64,000 nucleotides of DNA from Paraspadella gotoi (taxonomy: Eukaryota; Animalia; Chaetognatha). Both the position numbers and the translations under genes were made by a program. Below, piece by piece: positions 51,641 through 64,000 of this stretch. How positions within the stretch are numbered: the stretch's first letter is position 1; every line of letters begins with the position of its first letter. The notes below the pieces were generated by a model. That model made no database searches, was not told where the DNA came from, and worked only from the letters and a program-made list of their open reading frames with translations. The DNA lies in contig CM119263.1 in assembly GCA_051294375.1 (NCBI GenBank), positions 22,095,474 to 22,159,473 on the forward strand, written 5' to 3'.

Positions 51641-54600
51641 GGTGTCACAGGTCGACGGGTCGTGGTTATGTTAGGAAAGAAAAATGTGGCATGATTAATT
51701 TATTACTATCTAGGAAAAAAGTATATCACATTTTTAGTGCTCGAAAACCTGTTCAATTTTTAAAGAACTATGTAATGTTAAGGAGAAGTCCCAGAAAATC
51801 ATTAACCGTATTTACAAACACAATTGATATCTGATATCGCTGAATAAATTTTTTTTTAAAAATCCCGTCGCTTTGAACCCAAGAAGAAAAAAAATGTTTT
51901 TGACGTTTTCTTGACTTTTACGAATTCATTTATCATCGTTAATTATTTTCCTTTTCCGTCAATTTCTCCGCCTTCTTTCTGTTTCTTCAGAAATTAATCG
52001 AAGCGAAAGCGATAAAAAATAAAAAATAAAAAAAGAGAAAGAAAGAAAGAAAAAAAGAAAGAAAGAAAATTCCTTTCACCTTTTTTCTTTCGACGAAAAA
52101 TTGCACGAATTTCATTCCCATCATAAACGAAGATTGAGTGAAACTGAATTGAATTAATAACGTTTTAATTTAGTTGTCAGTTTTGTTGTTTTGAGATTGT
52201 TATTTGTGATCACGCGTGAATCTTTGTTCTTGGGGAAATGTTTGTTTTTTCCATCTGTCCCTCTGTCTGTCGCTCCATCTCTTTATCATAAAACTACTAA
52301 ATAACCGATATGAGACTAAACGAGATTATACTAGACTAACAAAAATGATAAAAATGTAAATATGCATTTATACCGGAATTTTTTTTTTTTTAATTTTTGC
52401 AACAAATTTAAAAAAATTTAATAAATGTTAGTAATAGTAATATTATTTATATATTTATTTATATTAGTTATATAATAATATTTACTAAATATTACTAAAT
52501 AACAACAAAGAAAATTGGAAAATCATCAAAATCATCAATCATCATCCAATTAAATTAATACATTTTTTGTGGGATTTACCAGTGCAGTATTTAATTGTTG
52601 CCGATATTTCAATTTAATTTGACAAATCATTTTTCAAGGCAGTCCAAATGTAAAAATTGATAGATTATGTTGATATATTATTATGATGTCCCTTCAAAAT
52701 TACTATTAGTTTTTTTAACGTGTTTGTAATCTGATGCATCTTGGCAACACGAGGTTAAAAATACTTTCTGTCCTAGGTTTTTGATTATATATATATATAT
52801 ATATATATATACATTAAACAGAATTAAACCGAGAGAGCCAAGAAACGAAGAACCCTTTTTCTGAAGATGAGCTTTTTACTCATTCAATTGAGATATTCTA
52901 TCATCTTCGCCTGATTTCCTCTCACTTTTTGTTCTTCCGCCTTAAATTTTTTTTCAGCTTCAGATTTTTTTCCCGAGGGCGTGAAAAAATTCTCACGTGA
53001 CAGCTAAGGCGTTGATTTTTCGCCCCTTGTCGAGTCATGTCATATCACTTTTCCGTCTTCGAATGTCATTTTATGTCTTGTCTTTGCGTGTCGTATTGCG
53101 GCTGGGATAATATAGCTCTTTGCATCTTGGTGAAGTTGATTTTAAGGTTTTAATTTAACACAAACCATTTTATTTTTGTACTATTTGTACTATTTAATTC
53201 ACGAAGAAGAGAAACAAACACAAATTTAGTCAGAAACTAATAATGGTGTATTGTCGAAACACGCATGCGCGTACATGACATACGTTAATACGAGTTTCGA
53301 CCATACCCCGTAACGACTGTTAATTGTGAGAACGATTTAGCGAAGAACAAAAAAGTTAAAAAATCACATTGCCTTATTGAGGACGAATTGGTTCCCAACT
53401 AAAAAATGCAGCCGTCGCGTTAATTGCGCCGGCGGCAGGTGTCGGATGGCCATTCGCAGATGCGTGGGTGGATGCAAGTCGAGGAGAAGAGAAGGAGGGA
53501 AGGGTGGAGATTGGAGAAACGGTAAAAAGGAAAGAAGAAAATGGAAAAAATCTGAAAAATGAGATAGATGATGATTTTAACTTTAAGTAAATATAACTAA
53601 ATTTAAAAAAAGATAATGAGAAAAATAAATTAAAAGAATGGGGGCTAAAAACTGGGAAGTATTTCAGTTCAAAAAAAGGAACTTGATGTTGAATGGAAGT
53701 CAGAGAGAGAGAGAGAGAGAGGGGGGGGGAAGGCCGGAGGCGAGTCGTTGCGTTGGCGGCGCGAGTTGTGAAGCCAATTAGAAAGGTAAAAGGATGAAAG
53801 AGAAAATGAGAGAACAAATGAAGGAAAAACAAGAGGATTGAATCGTCGTTGATTGAAAAAGAGGCGAGAAGAAAAAGAAGAAAGGAAAATGGAGAAAAAG
53901 AAAAAGGGAGGAAAAATTAAAAAGAATACAGATTAAAAAAGATGCCAGTTTTCTTTGATATGGTGTATTTTCTTTGATATCTTCTTGCTTTTTATTTACG
54001 CTTATATCGCTAGCGCACTTTAAAAATATTAGTTTTCGAATACCAAACGTTGCTAATTGAATTAAATTCTTTTATTAAAAAAAAAAGTTCAAGATTAAAT
54101 AGAGAGANNNNNNNNNNNNNNNNNNNNNNNNNNNNNNNNNNNNNNNNNNNNNNNNNNNNNNNNNNNNNNNNNNNNNNNNNNNNNNNNNNNNNNNNNNNNN
54201 NNNNNNNNNNNNNNNNNNNNNNNNNNNNNNNNNNNNNNNNNNNNNNNNNNNNNNNNNNNNNNNNNNNNNNNNNNNNNNNNNNNNNNNNNNNNNNNNNNNN
54301 NNNNNNNNNNNNNNNNNNNNNNNNNNNNNNNNNNNNNNNNNNNNNNNNNNNNNNNNNNNNNNNNNNNNNNNNCGGGTCCCAGCCGAGAGACGTGAGGCTC
54401 TGATGGCGGAAAACTCGTCGCGAAAAAACCGACAGTGAAAAAGCCAAAGCTAAAAAGCTGAGAAAGAAACTCAAAAGCCACGCGTCGGATGCCGCATTTG
54501 ATGTTTATGGCTCATTTCCGCGGGAATTTTTCGACCTTCAGGAGGGAATTAGGGACGCCGCCACATCCTTCTTCACTCATCCCTTTCCCCCAACCTTTTT

Positions 54601-56481
54601 CAACGCCGCAACGCCCTCTCTCGATTAATTCAGGCAACGGATCCTGCGCCGAGGGGCGATTTGCGCCACACAGATCTGCGTCTCTTATTTCTGGTTTGGC
54701 GACGAAAAGGAAATCGAGACGCTTCGTTTGGCGCCGTTGATGCTTTTTCCAGATGGCGTTTTAGGTTTTTTTTTGCTCAAAGTCGTTTTGTTTTTTGCAT
54801 TTGTTTCGAAGGTTAATCTGTAATTTGTTTGAACTTTATCTGTTATCCAAACTGAAAGGGCAAATAATACAGTTGCATTCTGTGCGTATTTTACGGCGAG
54901 CACGTCCTAAAGGTTGCAATTTTCGCGGCTTCCTTCGTCACCACAGACGTCTTCTGACTCTAACGTAATAGGGCCGCGAGTTTTGCATCTGTAATCCCGG
55001 TAGGNNNNNNNNNNNNNNNNNNNNNNNNNNNNNNNNNNNNNNNNNNNNNNNNNNNNNNNNNNNNNNNNNNNNNNNNNNNNNNNNNNNNNNNNNNNNNNNN
55101 NNNNNNNNNNNNNNNNNNNNNNNNNNNNNNNNNNNNNNNNNNNNNNNNNNNNNNNNNNNNNNNNNNNNNNNNNNNNNNNNNNNNNNNNNNNNNNNNNNNN
55201 NNNNNNNNNNNNNNNNNNNNNNNNNNNCTCGATAATTTCAAGCTGACGTCTTTTTGGCTCAGCGGCTCTGGTCTCGCCGCTCGAGTCGACGCCCGATGAG
55301 CGAAGGGGTTTTTTTTCGCGATATATGCGACGTGGCGTGTTTACATATCTCACGTATCTCATAATTCTCGTTTGCATATATACGATTATATATCTTTAAA
55401 ATTTATGTATTTATTTTAATTCCTAAGAGCTTTTTGAATTTGGTTTTTATGAAATCCATCATCCGCTTAATTTTTACCGAGTAGACGATGTTTTTTTGTT
55501 TGTTAGTTTATTTTTATTTTTTGCTTTTTTTTTGGCTGCTTCTTTTAGTGTTTTGCTTATTAGTTTGTTTTTTTTTGTTCCATTTTTCCTTTTTTTTTCT
55601 TTATTGTCCTCGAACAAAAACCGCATCTTGATTCTTATTTTTCTCTCCAATTTTCTCGCCTCTCAAACTTTAAACACAACCATCACCTTTTTTCAAGAGC
55701 GGCTGAACCTCATTGGATTTTCCCCACTTCGCTTAAATATCAAAATTTAATAATTCAAAAAATGAATCTTTAATTTTATAGTATGGAAAGGATTAACATG
55801 GAGACTGACGTTTGACGAAAACATCATTATGTTCAAGAAAAATTAATTCTTTAGAGAAACTAAGTTACTGCAAGGTAGGTTGAGTATAATCAGACGGTTT
55901 TAGGTAAAGAAGTCCCCCCAAAAAAAAATTTGCACAGGAAAAGAGGTAATAAACTACCTATAAAAATTTGGATATTTAATGAATGATAAAGAGAAAAAAT
56001 TGCGAAGTAGAAAAAGGATGACGTAAAAAAATAGAAAATTAAGGAGGTAAGGAAGTAAGGTGAAAAAAGTGAGGAAAAAACTTTTAAAAAAGTTATTGGG
56101 GAAAAAAAAAGAAAGCAAAGCCTCCAGAAAAAGAAGGCGAAGTAAGAAAAATAGAAGAATCATGAGGAAAAATAAAAGAGCAGTCTCCTCGGAAGAGAGA
56201 GAAGTGACAACTGGTGGAAAGGCCCTGTCAAGACTCAAGACTCATATTCACGCGATCGCATGCGATTATACGAGGGCAGAGATTATAGCGAGAGAAGGAA
56301 AAAACTGGGCGTGGTCGACGCTGGAGAGTAGGGGGGGCGGAGGGACGTGGCCTCCTTCCGGGCGTTTTGAATTTCAAATATTTGTAAAAAGGAGGGACGA
56401 AGATAAAGTACGTTCGTGACACCGCGCCTGCGCGAAAGTAGGGAAAAGAAAAAAGACGACGCCGTTTGTCAAGCAGCTTAC

Positions 56482-56627
56482 CTTTGGGTTGAAAGAATGT
56501 TTTTTTTTTTTCAGCTTGGAAAATTCAGACCGCACGGCTGTTTCACGCTGATGTTCTTGCAACAGGAGCTGTGACAACCTTCGATTGTTTTCTTTTGAAG
56601 AACTGTATGTTTTAAGGCGGCTTGATT
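56482..56627 (-). other. Putative exon (coding or UTR)
   Basis: Acceptor ttctctttag| and strong donor aag|gtaagc on the minus strand; open frame SSRLKTYSSSKENNRRLSQLLLQEHQRETAVRSEF...; no recognisable domain. Confidence 0.3.
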
Positions 56628-57106
56628 CTAAAGAGAAGCCTCTTGTCGATAAATGATGATGATGATGATAATGATGATGATAATAACGACAAGGGATGAA
56701 GACGACAACGACCACGATGACGTCAGCAACGACTATGATGACGATAACGACGACGCGATTACGAAATCATCGAAAATTCATAAAACCCTTCGACTTTCCA
56801 TATTTCAAGCGACCAAACGACCAAAGGAATAAAAAAAAAGTTTCTTTCTTCATGTAGAGAGGGAGCGATTTCAACGAGAGAGAGAGAGTTGCAAGTAGGA
56901 TAGAAAGATTGAAAAACAAAATTCTAAAGGGATAGAAAGAAATGTGTTTAGAATTAATTATAAAACAATAAGTAAGGAAAAGAGCAAAGGGAAACAAATA
57001 TTCTATTTACCTTTGTCAAAGGTATATAAAATATTGAAAGAATAACGTTTGAAAGATTCAAAATAACTAAAAAGACAGACAAATAGATAGAGAATGAAGG
57101 CATGCT

Positions 57107-57148
<42 letters not shown>

Positions 57149-58279
57149 GAGGAGAGAGATGAGAAGATGAGAGAGAGAGAGAGATAGAGAGACGGCAGAA
57201 CTCAATGGGAAAAACAGAGACTCACAGATGGCCGTTCATAAACAATTCAAAGGACTCGGGAGGTTGTTGAGTGTGCGTGAAGAGAGAGAGGAGGATGAGG
57301 AGAGAAGAAAGAGATGAGAGAGAGAGAGAGAAGGACGAGAGAGAGAGGAGAGAGAGAGTGAGAGAGGAGAGAGAGAGAGATTTTTTGTTTTACGTTGATT
57401 TCTTTTGTTCTTTTGCGAAATATTTGTGTCAACAACAGTTGAAAGAGACGAGAATTGGAGGAAAGACAAAAACGGAAAATGATGACGACTTCCATATTTC
57501 AAAGTCACTACATCATTTCTTCGCTCGTCCGTTCCAGCCATTGCTTCAATCTCTTTTAAATCGTTTTAACGCATCATAATTCCCCATTTTTTTCTCTATA
57601 TCACGTGATTTTCCACCTTTATCTTTTTGCCCGTTTTCACTTAACTCTTCTTTCATTTACCAAATGTTTGTTGGTTTCGCTCCTTCACAACGCGCTTTTC
57701 GGTGCCGCCTTCAGTCGCCGCCGCAGCCGGAGCCGGAGCCGCTTCCGTTCGCCCCGCCCGTTGATGCGTCGAAGGTCGTCTTCGAATCATTGCCTCTTCC
57801 TCGATTTTGAAGAGTCGAAGTCGTCTTGTCTCGTCATAATCTCATCTTAAATCTATTCTAATCTGATATTAGTTCCTCGTCTCAACTCATTTCATCTAAT
57901 ATCATCTTGATCTTTATCTTATTCTTATTCTTAATCTTTATTCAATCTACTTCTCGTGTTCACAAACTGATCTCGATCAATTAGTATTTTTTTTATCGGC
58001 ATATTATTTTGTTTTGTATCTTATTATATCAGGTTGAGGTAATTCAAACACTGTGAACAACAGGATGAGCATTATATCATTCTGGTGAGTCTCAAACTAA
58101 AACTGGATGGACGTTCGGCGTCGAGACGAGCGAGGTGAGTCAGAAAGTTCTTTCTGGGAATCACCTAAAAACCGCGATCCCTCTCGTCGTGTGAGACTTA
58201 CGATTTAACGCAAAACGAATCTCTCTCTCTCTCTCTAGCTCTCTTCTCTCTCTCTCTCTCTCTGCTCTCTCTCTCTCTC

Positions 58280-58328
<49 letters not shown>

Positions 58329-58899
58329 TCTCTCTCACGTTTAGGCAAGCAAAAACAATTCCCCCAAAAAGAGATTTTTTTCTTCTTCTTTCTCTCCGCG
58401 ACTCAACTAACCGCGGTCTCGTTTCGGCAGAATGGTACGTTGTCCATTATCTTCGTCGTTGTCATTATCGTCGTCGTGGTCATTATCGTTGTCGTTGTCA
58501 TTATCGTCGTCTTTTGTCATTATCGTCGTCGTTGTTCGTTTGTCATTATCGTGCTTGTCGTTTTTGGTCGAGGTTTTTTCTCCCAATGTTGTTCGTTGTT
58601 TTCTACCAGCGCTGTTGAATCACCCTCTCGGCTTCTCATATGAATGAAGTCAAGATTTTTTTAAAACACGAGTTTAAAAAACAAAATTAAAATAAATATT
58701 TTAAACACATCATAACACGCTGTCATATTCATACTCTAATGCCTAAACAGTAATAACCTCAATGCGTTTTTATCGTCCGTTTTGTCGGTCGTTGTCGTCG
58801 TCTACGTCTTACAGTTTTTTTCATTATACCTATTTACAGAAGAACGCAAAACAAGAATTAACTAACTTGATTTTAGTCGGTGATTGAGAGGATGGTGAG

Positions 58900-58933
<34 letters not shown>

Positions 58934-61119
58934 ATTGACTAGGGAGAGAGAGAGGAGAGAGAGAGAGAGAGAGAAAGAAGAAGAAAGAAATCGAAGGCTG
59001 TACTATTAAACTTCTGCCTGACGGGTTTCAATCGCATTGGTTGCTCTCCGTTCATGTCTTTTGTTTTCTGTCGAACTTTTGCTTTGTAGAGGAATATTCT
59101 CCTTTCTCGGCACTCTGCCTTTTCCTTTTCCTTTCCTTTTTCCTCGGCAACTCTGACTTCCTTCTTTTCCTTTTCCTCGGCACTCTAGCCGTTTTCCGCT
59201 CATTTTCTATGATAATCTTCCAATTTTAACTCCTCCCTCATTCCCTTTTATTTCCTTTATTTTCTTCATTTTCCCTTCTTTCCTTCTTTCTTTTCCTCCC
59301 ACGCCTTTGAATCTTTTCTATCTCTTTTATTTTTTTCTTTCCCTTTCCTTAGTGCCTTTTCCTCCTTTTATCCTTTCTTCCTCTTTCGTTATCGCTTTAA
59401 TTTTCTAATCTTCCTTCCTTCCACTTTCCTCTCTCTTTTTCTAATATTTCCTTTTCCTTCTCTCAACTTTATTCCTCTCATATTCTCTCTTTTCCTTCCT
59501 TGGTCTTTTCATTCTCCCATTTTACCCTTTCTTCCTTTTTCCTCTTTCTTTTATCCATCTACTTGACCTTTTCTCTCTTCATTTAATCCCACCTCCACCC
59601 CCACTCCCCCCATTCTTTTCCCACATCCCCGGACCCCTCTAGGACTTCACCCACCGGTCCCACCGGCCACCTTGTTTATTCTTCCGCTTGAAATGCACGT
59701 TAAACAAACATGGCTCTTTGTGGCGAACAGAACGCAGTTCCCACGGTTTGTGATAGAAAATGGGAATGAGATGTCATTGTTGTGACAACTCACAATTCGA
59801 TTAATCCCGCGACGAGAAGAATGGTGAGGAAAAAAAGAGGCCGAGATAAAATGTGTGTTGAACTTATTTCTTTCTTTTTTTTTTAAATAGATGCGACGCC
59901 GGTGGTGAGGGCGCTGGCAGAATGGGGTAACGTCAGCGGCTGGCCGCTTAGGGCGTCGCGGGTGGCATCACGCGCCTAAGCAGAGGGCGTCGTCTGAGTA
60001 AGTTGGTCGTTTTGGTCCGAGGTTGAGTGGCAGCGAGAGTTGGACAAAAAGGGAGCGCCGCGTTGGTAGATCGCGCCGGGCCGCGTCGCTGCCTAAGTGG
60101 ACGTGCGTGGGATGACAAATTGCCTTTTTATCTTTCGGGACTTTCGCTAAAATCTTTCCCTCTTTCTTTTTAATCGATATCAGAAAAAAGTGACTTCATC
60201 TCTCTCTTTTNNNNNNNNNNNNNNNNNNNNNNNNNGAGAGAGAGAGAGAGAGAGATTTTTTGTTTACGTTTCATTCTTTTGTTTTGCGAAATATTTTGGT
60301 CAACAACAGTTGGAAAGAGACGAGAACTTGGAGAGAAAGACAAAAACGGAAATGATGACGACTCCATATTTCAAAGTCACTACATCCATTCTATCGCTCC
60401 GTCCGTCCAGCCATTGCTTCTCAATCTCTTTTAAATCGTTTTAACGCATCATAATTTCCCCATTCTTTCTCTATAATCACGTGATTTCACCTTATCTTTT
60501 TGCCCTTTCACTTAACTCTTCTTTCATTACCAAATGTTTTGGTTTCGCTCCTTCACAATGCGCCTTTCGGGTGGCCGCCTCAGTCGCCGCCGCAGCCGCA
60601 GCCGGAGCCGCTTCCGTCGCCGCCGCCCGTTGAGCGTCGAAGGTCGTTCCGAATCATTGCCTCTTCCTCGATTTTGAGAGTCGAAGTCGTCTCGTCTCGT
60701 CATAATCTCATCTCAATCTCATTCTAATCTTATATTAGTCTCGTCTCAACTCATTTCATCCTAATATCATCTTGATCTCTTATCTTATCTTATCTCTTAT
60801 TTCATCTACTCTCTTCGTGTTCACAAACTGATCTCGACTCATTAGGTTATTTTATCGCATATTATTTTGTTTTGTATCGTATTATATCAGGTTGAGGTAA
60901 TATCAACAGGATGAGATTATATCATCTGGTTGAGTCTCAACTAAAACTGGATGAGGTCGCGTCGAGACGAGACGAGGTGAGTCAAGAAAGTCTTTCTGCG
61001 GAACTCACCTAAAAAACCGGCGACCCTACTCGTCGTTGAGACTACGATTAACGCAAAACGAATCTCTCTCTCTCTCTAGCTCTCTCTCTCTCTCTCTCTC
61101 TCTGCTCTCTCTCTCTCTC

Positions 61120-61152
<33 letters not shown>

Positions 61153-61276
61153 CTCTCTCATCGTCTCTCTCTTCTCTCTCACGTTTAGCAAGCAAAAAAC
61201 AACTTCCCCAGAAAAGAGATTTTTTTCTTCTTCTCTCGCGACTCAAACTAACCGCGGTCTCGTTTCGGCAGAATGG

Positions 61277-61425
61277 TCGTTGTCATTATCGTCGTCGTTG
61301 TCATTATCTTCGTCGTTGTCATTATCGTCGTCGTTGTCATTATCGTCGTCGTTGTCCTTGTCATTATCGTCGTCGTTGTCATTATCGTCGTCGTTGTCGT
61401 TGTCATTATCGTGCTTGTCGTTATT
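61277..61425. repeat. 18-bp minisatellite (gtcgttgtcattatcgtc)n; noisier copy at ~58440-58560
   Basis: Directly visible tandem units; they produce the DNDDDN / VVVIIV pseudo-ORFs. Confidence 0.9.
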
Positions 61426-61903
61426 GTCGAGGTTTTTCTCCCAAATGTTGTTGTTGTTGTTTTCTACCAGCGCTGTTGAATCAACCCCTCTCGAGTTCTC
61501 ATATAATGAAGTCAAGATTTTTTTTAAAAAACACGAGTTAAAAAACAAAATGTCATTATGTCATTATGTCATTATCTTGTAAGAGTGATGGAGGCCTTAA
61601 ACCACCAAAGCCTGTCCAAAGTCAGGGGCAAGATAGCTTATTTATTAAATGAATGGATAATTTTTATATTGGTTGTACCAATTTCATAAATATTTTAAAC
61701 CCAACTCATAACACGCTGTCATATTCATACTCTAATGCCTAAACAGTAAACACCTCAATGTCGTTTTTTATCGTCCGTTTTGTCGTCGTTGTCGTCGTCT
61801 ACGTCTACAGTTTATTAATATGCACCATTTGTTTTCATTATACCTATTACAGAAGACGCAAACAAGAATTAACTCAACCTTGATTTAGTTCGGTGATTGA
61901 GAG

Positions 61904-62036
<133 letters not shown>

Positions 62037-62160
62037 AAAAAAGAAAGAAAAGAAAGAAATCGAGCTTACTATAAACTCTGCCTGACGGGTCAATCAGCAT
62101 TGTTGCTCCGTCTCATGTCTTGTTCCTGTCGACTTTTTGCTTTGTAGAGGAAATTTCTCC

Positions 62161-62262
62161 TTTTCCTCGGCAACTCTGCCTTTTCCTTTTCCTTTTCCTT
62201 TTCCTCGGCAACTCTGACTTTTCCTTTTCCTTTTCCTTTTCCTCGGCAACTCTGCCTTTTCC
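62161..62262. repeat. ~36-nt tandem repeat ttttcctcggcaactctg(a/c)c(ttttcc)n x3; copy at ~59102-59197
   Basis: Three visible units of cctcggcaactctg separated by (ttttcc)n. Confidence 0.85.
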
Positions 62263-62708
62263 GCTCATTTTCTATGATATCCTTCCAATTTTAACTCCTC
62301 CCTCATTCCCCTTTTATTTCCTTTCTTTTCTTCATTTTTCCCTTCTTCCTTCTTTCTTTTCCTCCACGCCTTTGACCTCTTTTCTATCTCTTTATTTTTT
62401 TCTTCCCTTTCCTAGCGCCTTTTTCCTCCTTTTATCCTTTATTCCTCTTCGTTATCCGCTTAATTTTCTAATCTCCTTCCCTTCCACTTCCTCTCTCTCT
62501 TTCTACATATTTCCTTTTCCTTCTCTCAACTTTATTCCTCTCATATTCTCTCTTTTCCTTCCCTTGTCTCATTCTCCCATTTTACCCTTTCTTCCTTTTC
62601 CTCCTTTCTTTTATCCATCTTACTGACCTTTTCTCTCTTCATTTAATCCCACCCCCCACCTCCCCCATTTCTTTCCCACCATCCACCCCGACCCCCTCTA
62701 GGACTCAC

Positions 62709-63193
62709 CCACCGGTCCCACCGGCCACCTTGTTTATTCTCCCGCTTGAAATGACGTTAACAAACATGGGCTCTTTGTGGCGAACAGAACGAGTCCCACG
62801 GTTTGTGATAGAAAATGGGAATGAGATGTCATTGTTGTGACAACTCACAATCTCGATAATCCCGCGACGAGAAGAATGGGAGGAAAAAAAGAGGGAGAAT
62901 AAAATGTGTGTTGAACTTATTCTTCTTTTTTTTTTAAATAGATTCGCGACGCCGGTGGTGAGGGCGCTGGCGATGGGGATAACGTCAGCGGCGGCGCTTA
63001 GGGCGTCGGCGGTGGCATCCACGGCGCCTAAGCAGAGGGCGTCGTCTGAAGTAAGTGTGGTCGTTTTGGTCCGAGGTTGAGTGGCAGCGAGAGTGACAAA
63101 AGGAGATGGCGCCGTGGTAGATCGCGCCGGGCCGCCGTCGCTGCCTAAGTGGACGGTGTGGATGACAAATTGCCTTTTTATCTCGGGACTTCG
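62709..63193 (-). other. Putative exon / ~160-codon open frame
   Basis: Frame open from ttttag|CGA (63193) to gg|gtgagt (~62708), Ala/Thr/Ser-rich; a competing plus-strand exon is possible at 62942-63050. No recognisable domain. Confidence 0.25.
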
Positions 63194-63853
63194 CTAAAAT
63201 CTTTCCCTTCTTTCTTTTTAATCGATATCAGAAAAAAAGTTGACTCGCCAAAAAAATAGCGAGCGGTGAAACGTGAAAGGCGTCAAGCGATCTGCTTCGC
63301 TACTATTTGGAATCCGTTGAGATCCGCCAAGATACGTTTCGATTAAAAGGATTTCCGTGAAGTTGATTCTAAATCCATGAAGGTGTGAAAAAATATTTTT
63401 TTCACGCTTCGTCGAGTTTCACATGGAATTCAATTCTTTCCGGTTTAGTCGTTGTCGTTGGTTGGACGTCGCTACGGAAGTTCGTCCTCGTCATCGTCGT
63501 TAGTCCTCGTCGTTTTTCGTTCCTGTCATATTTGGTCGTCGTTTTCGTCGTCGTTCAATTTTGAAAAGAAAATGTCGGATTTTTTCTTCAAAAAGGAGAA
63601 GAAGAAAATCGTGAATAATTGAAAATAAGAAGAGAGGGGATTCGTGAAACGATTTTACCGGCTGTGATTTTCGTGGAAGAAGAAAAAATTAGAAAAGTTT
63701 AAAAAAATTCAATTTTCAAGAATTAAAAAATGTCTTTTTTTTCTTTTCGGTTTTTGTTGTGTTGTAGTTGTTTTTTGAAGAAAAAAAACACTGGCGACAG
63801 CATAAAGATTAGGGGAAAAAAAACTCTTGCTATCGTTTTCTTTGTCGCTGAGA

Positions 63854-63959
<106 letters not shown>

Positions 63960-64000
63960 TAGTGAGAATGAGACCGAGAGGGAGACAAAAGAAAGCAGGT

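Noticed and set aside
54401-54403. In-frame TGA as selenocysteine or readthrough
   Set aside because: No selenoprotein motif or recognisable SECIS; a frameshift error or non-coding sequence is simpler.
60558-60677. Short Arg/Ser-rich ORF MRLSGGRLSRRRSRSRSRFRRRRP... (protamine- or SR-like)
   Set aside because: It arises from a (GCC/GCA)n low-complexity tract; the duplicate copy at ~57689 lacks the ATG and the frame.

Overview
This is eukaryotic, most likely invertebrate animal, genomic DNA: AT-rich, full of (AG/CT)n and (GAC/GTC)n microsatellites, with GT-AG introns and N gaps. The only genes I can support well are two tandem, three-exon, secreted C-type lectin (CTLD) paralogues on the + strand (19853-20845, 206 aa; 23338-24614, 202 aa). 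Each has a signal peptide, a CxxxC motif plus short coiled coil, and a QPD/WND carbohydrate-recognition domain. Both lack the two cysteines of the normally conserved inner CTLD disulphide, which is the most interesting biological observation here. Much of the window appears to be assembly artefact from long-read gap filling. 19780-29096 recurs twice in inverted, indel-ridden form (29122-38886 and 40356-50120, apparently identical to each other), and other direct and fold-back duplications flank 25-N gaps. The four frameshifted lectin copies are therefore probably not real. Small non-autonomous elements are also visible: a tRNA-derived SINE, Helentron/DINE-1-like HINEs and two TIR MITEs. A few low-confidence isolated exon candidates remain. 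I found no convincing previously undescribed multi-gene system.
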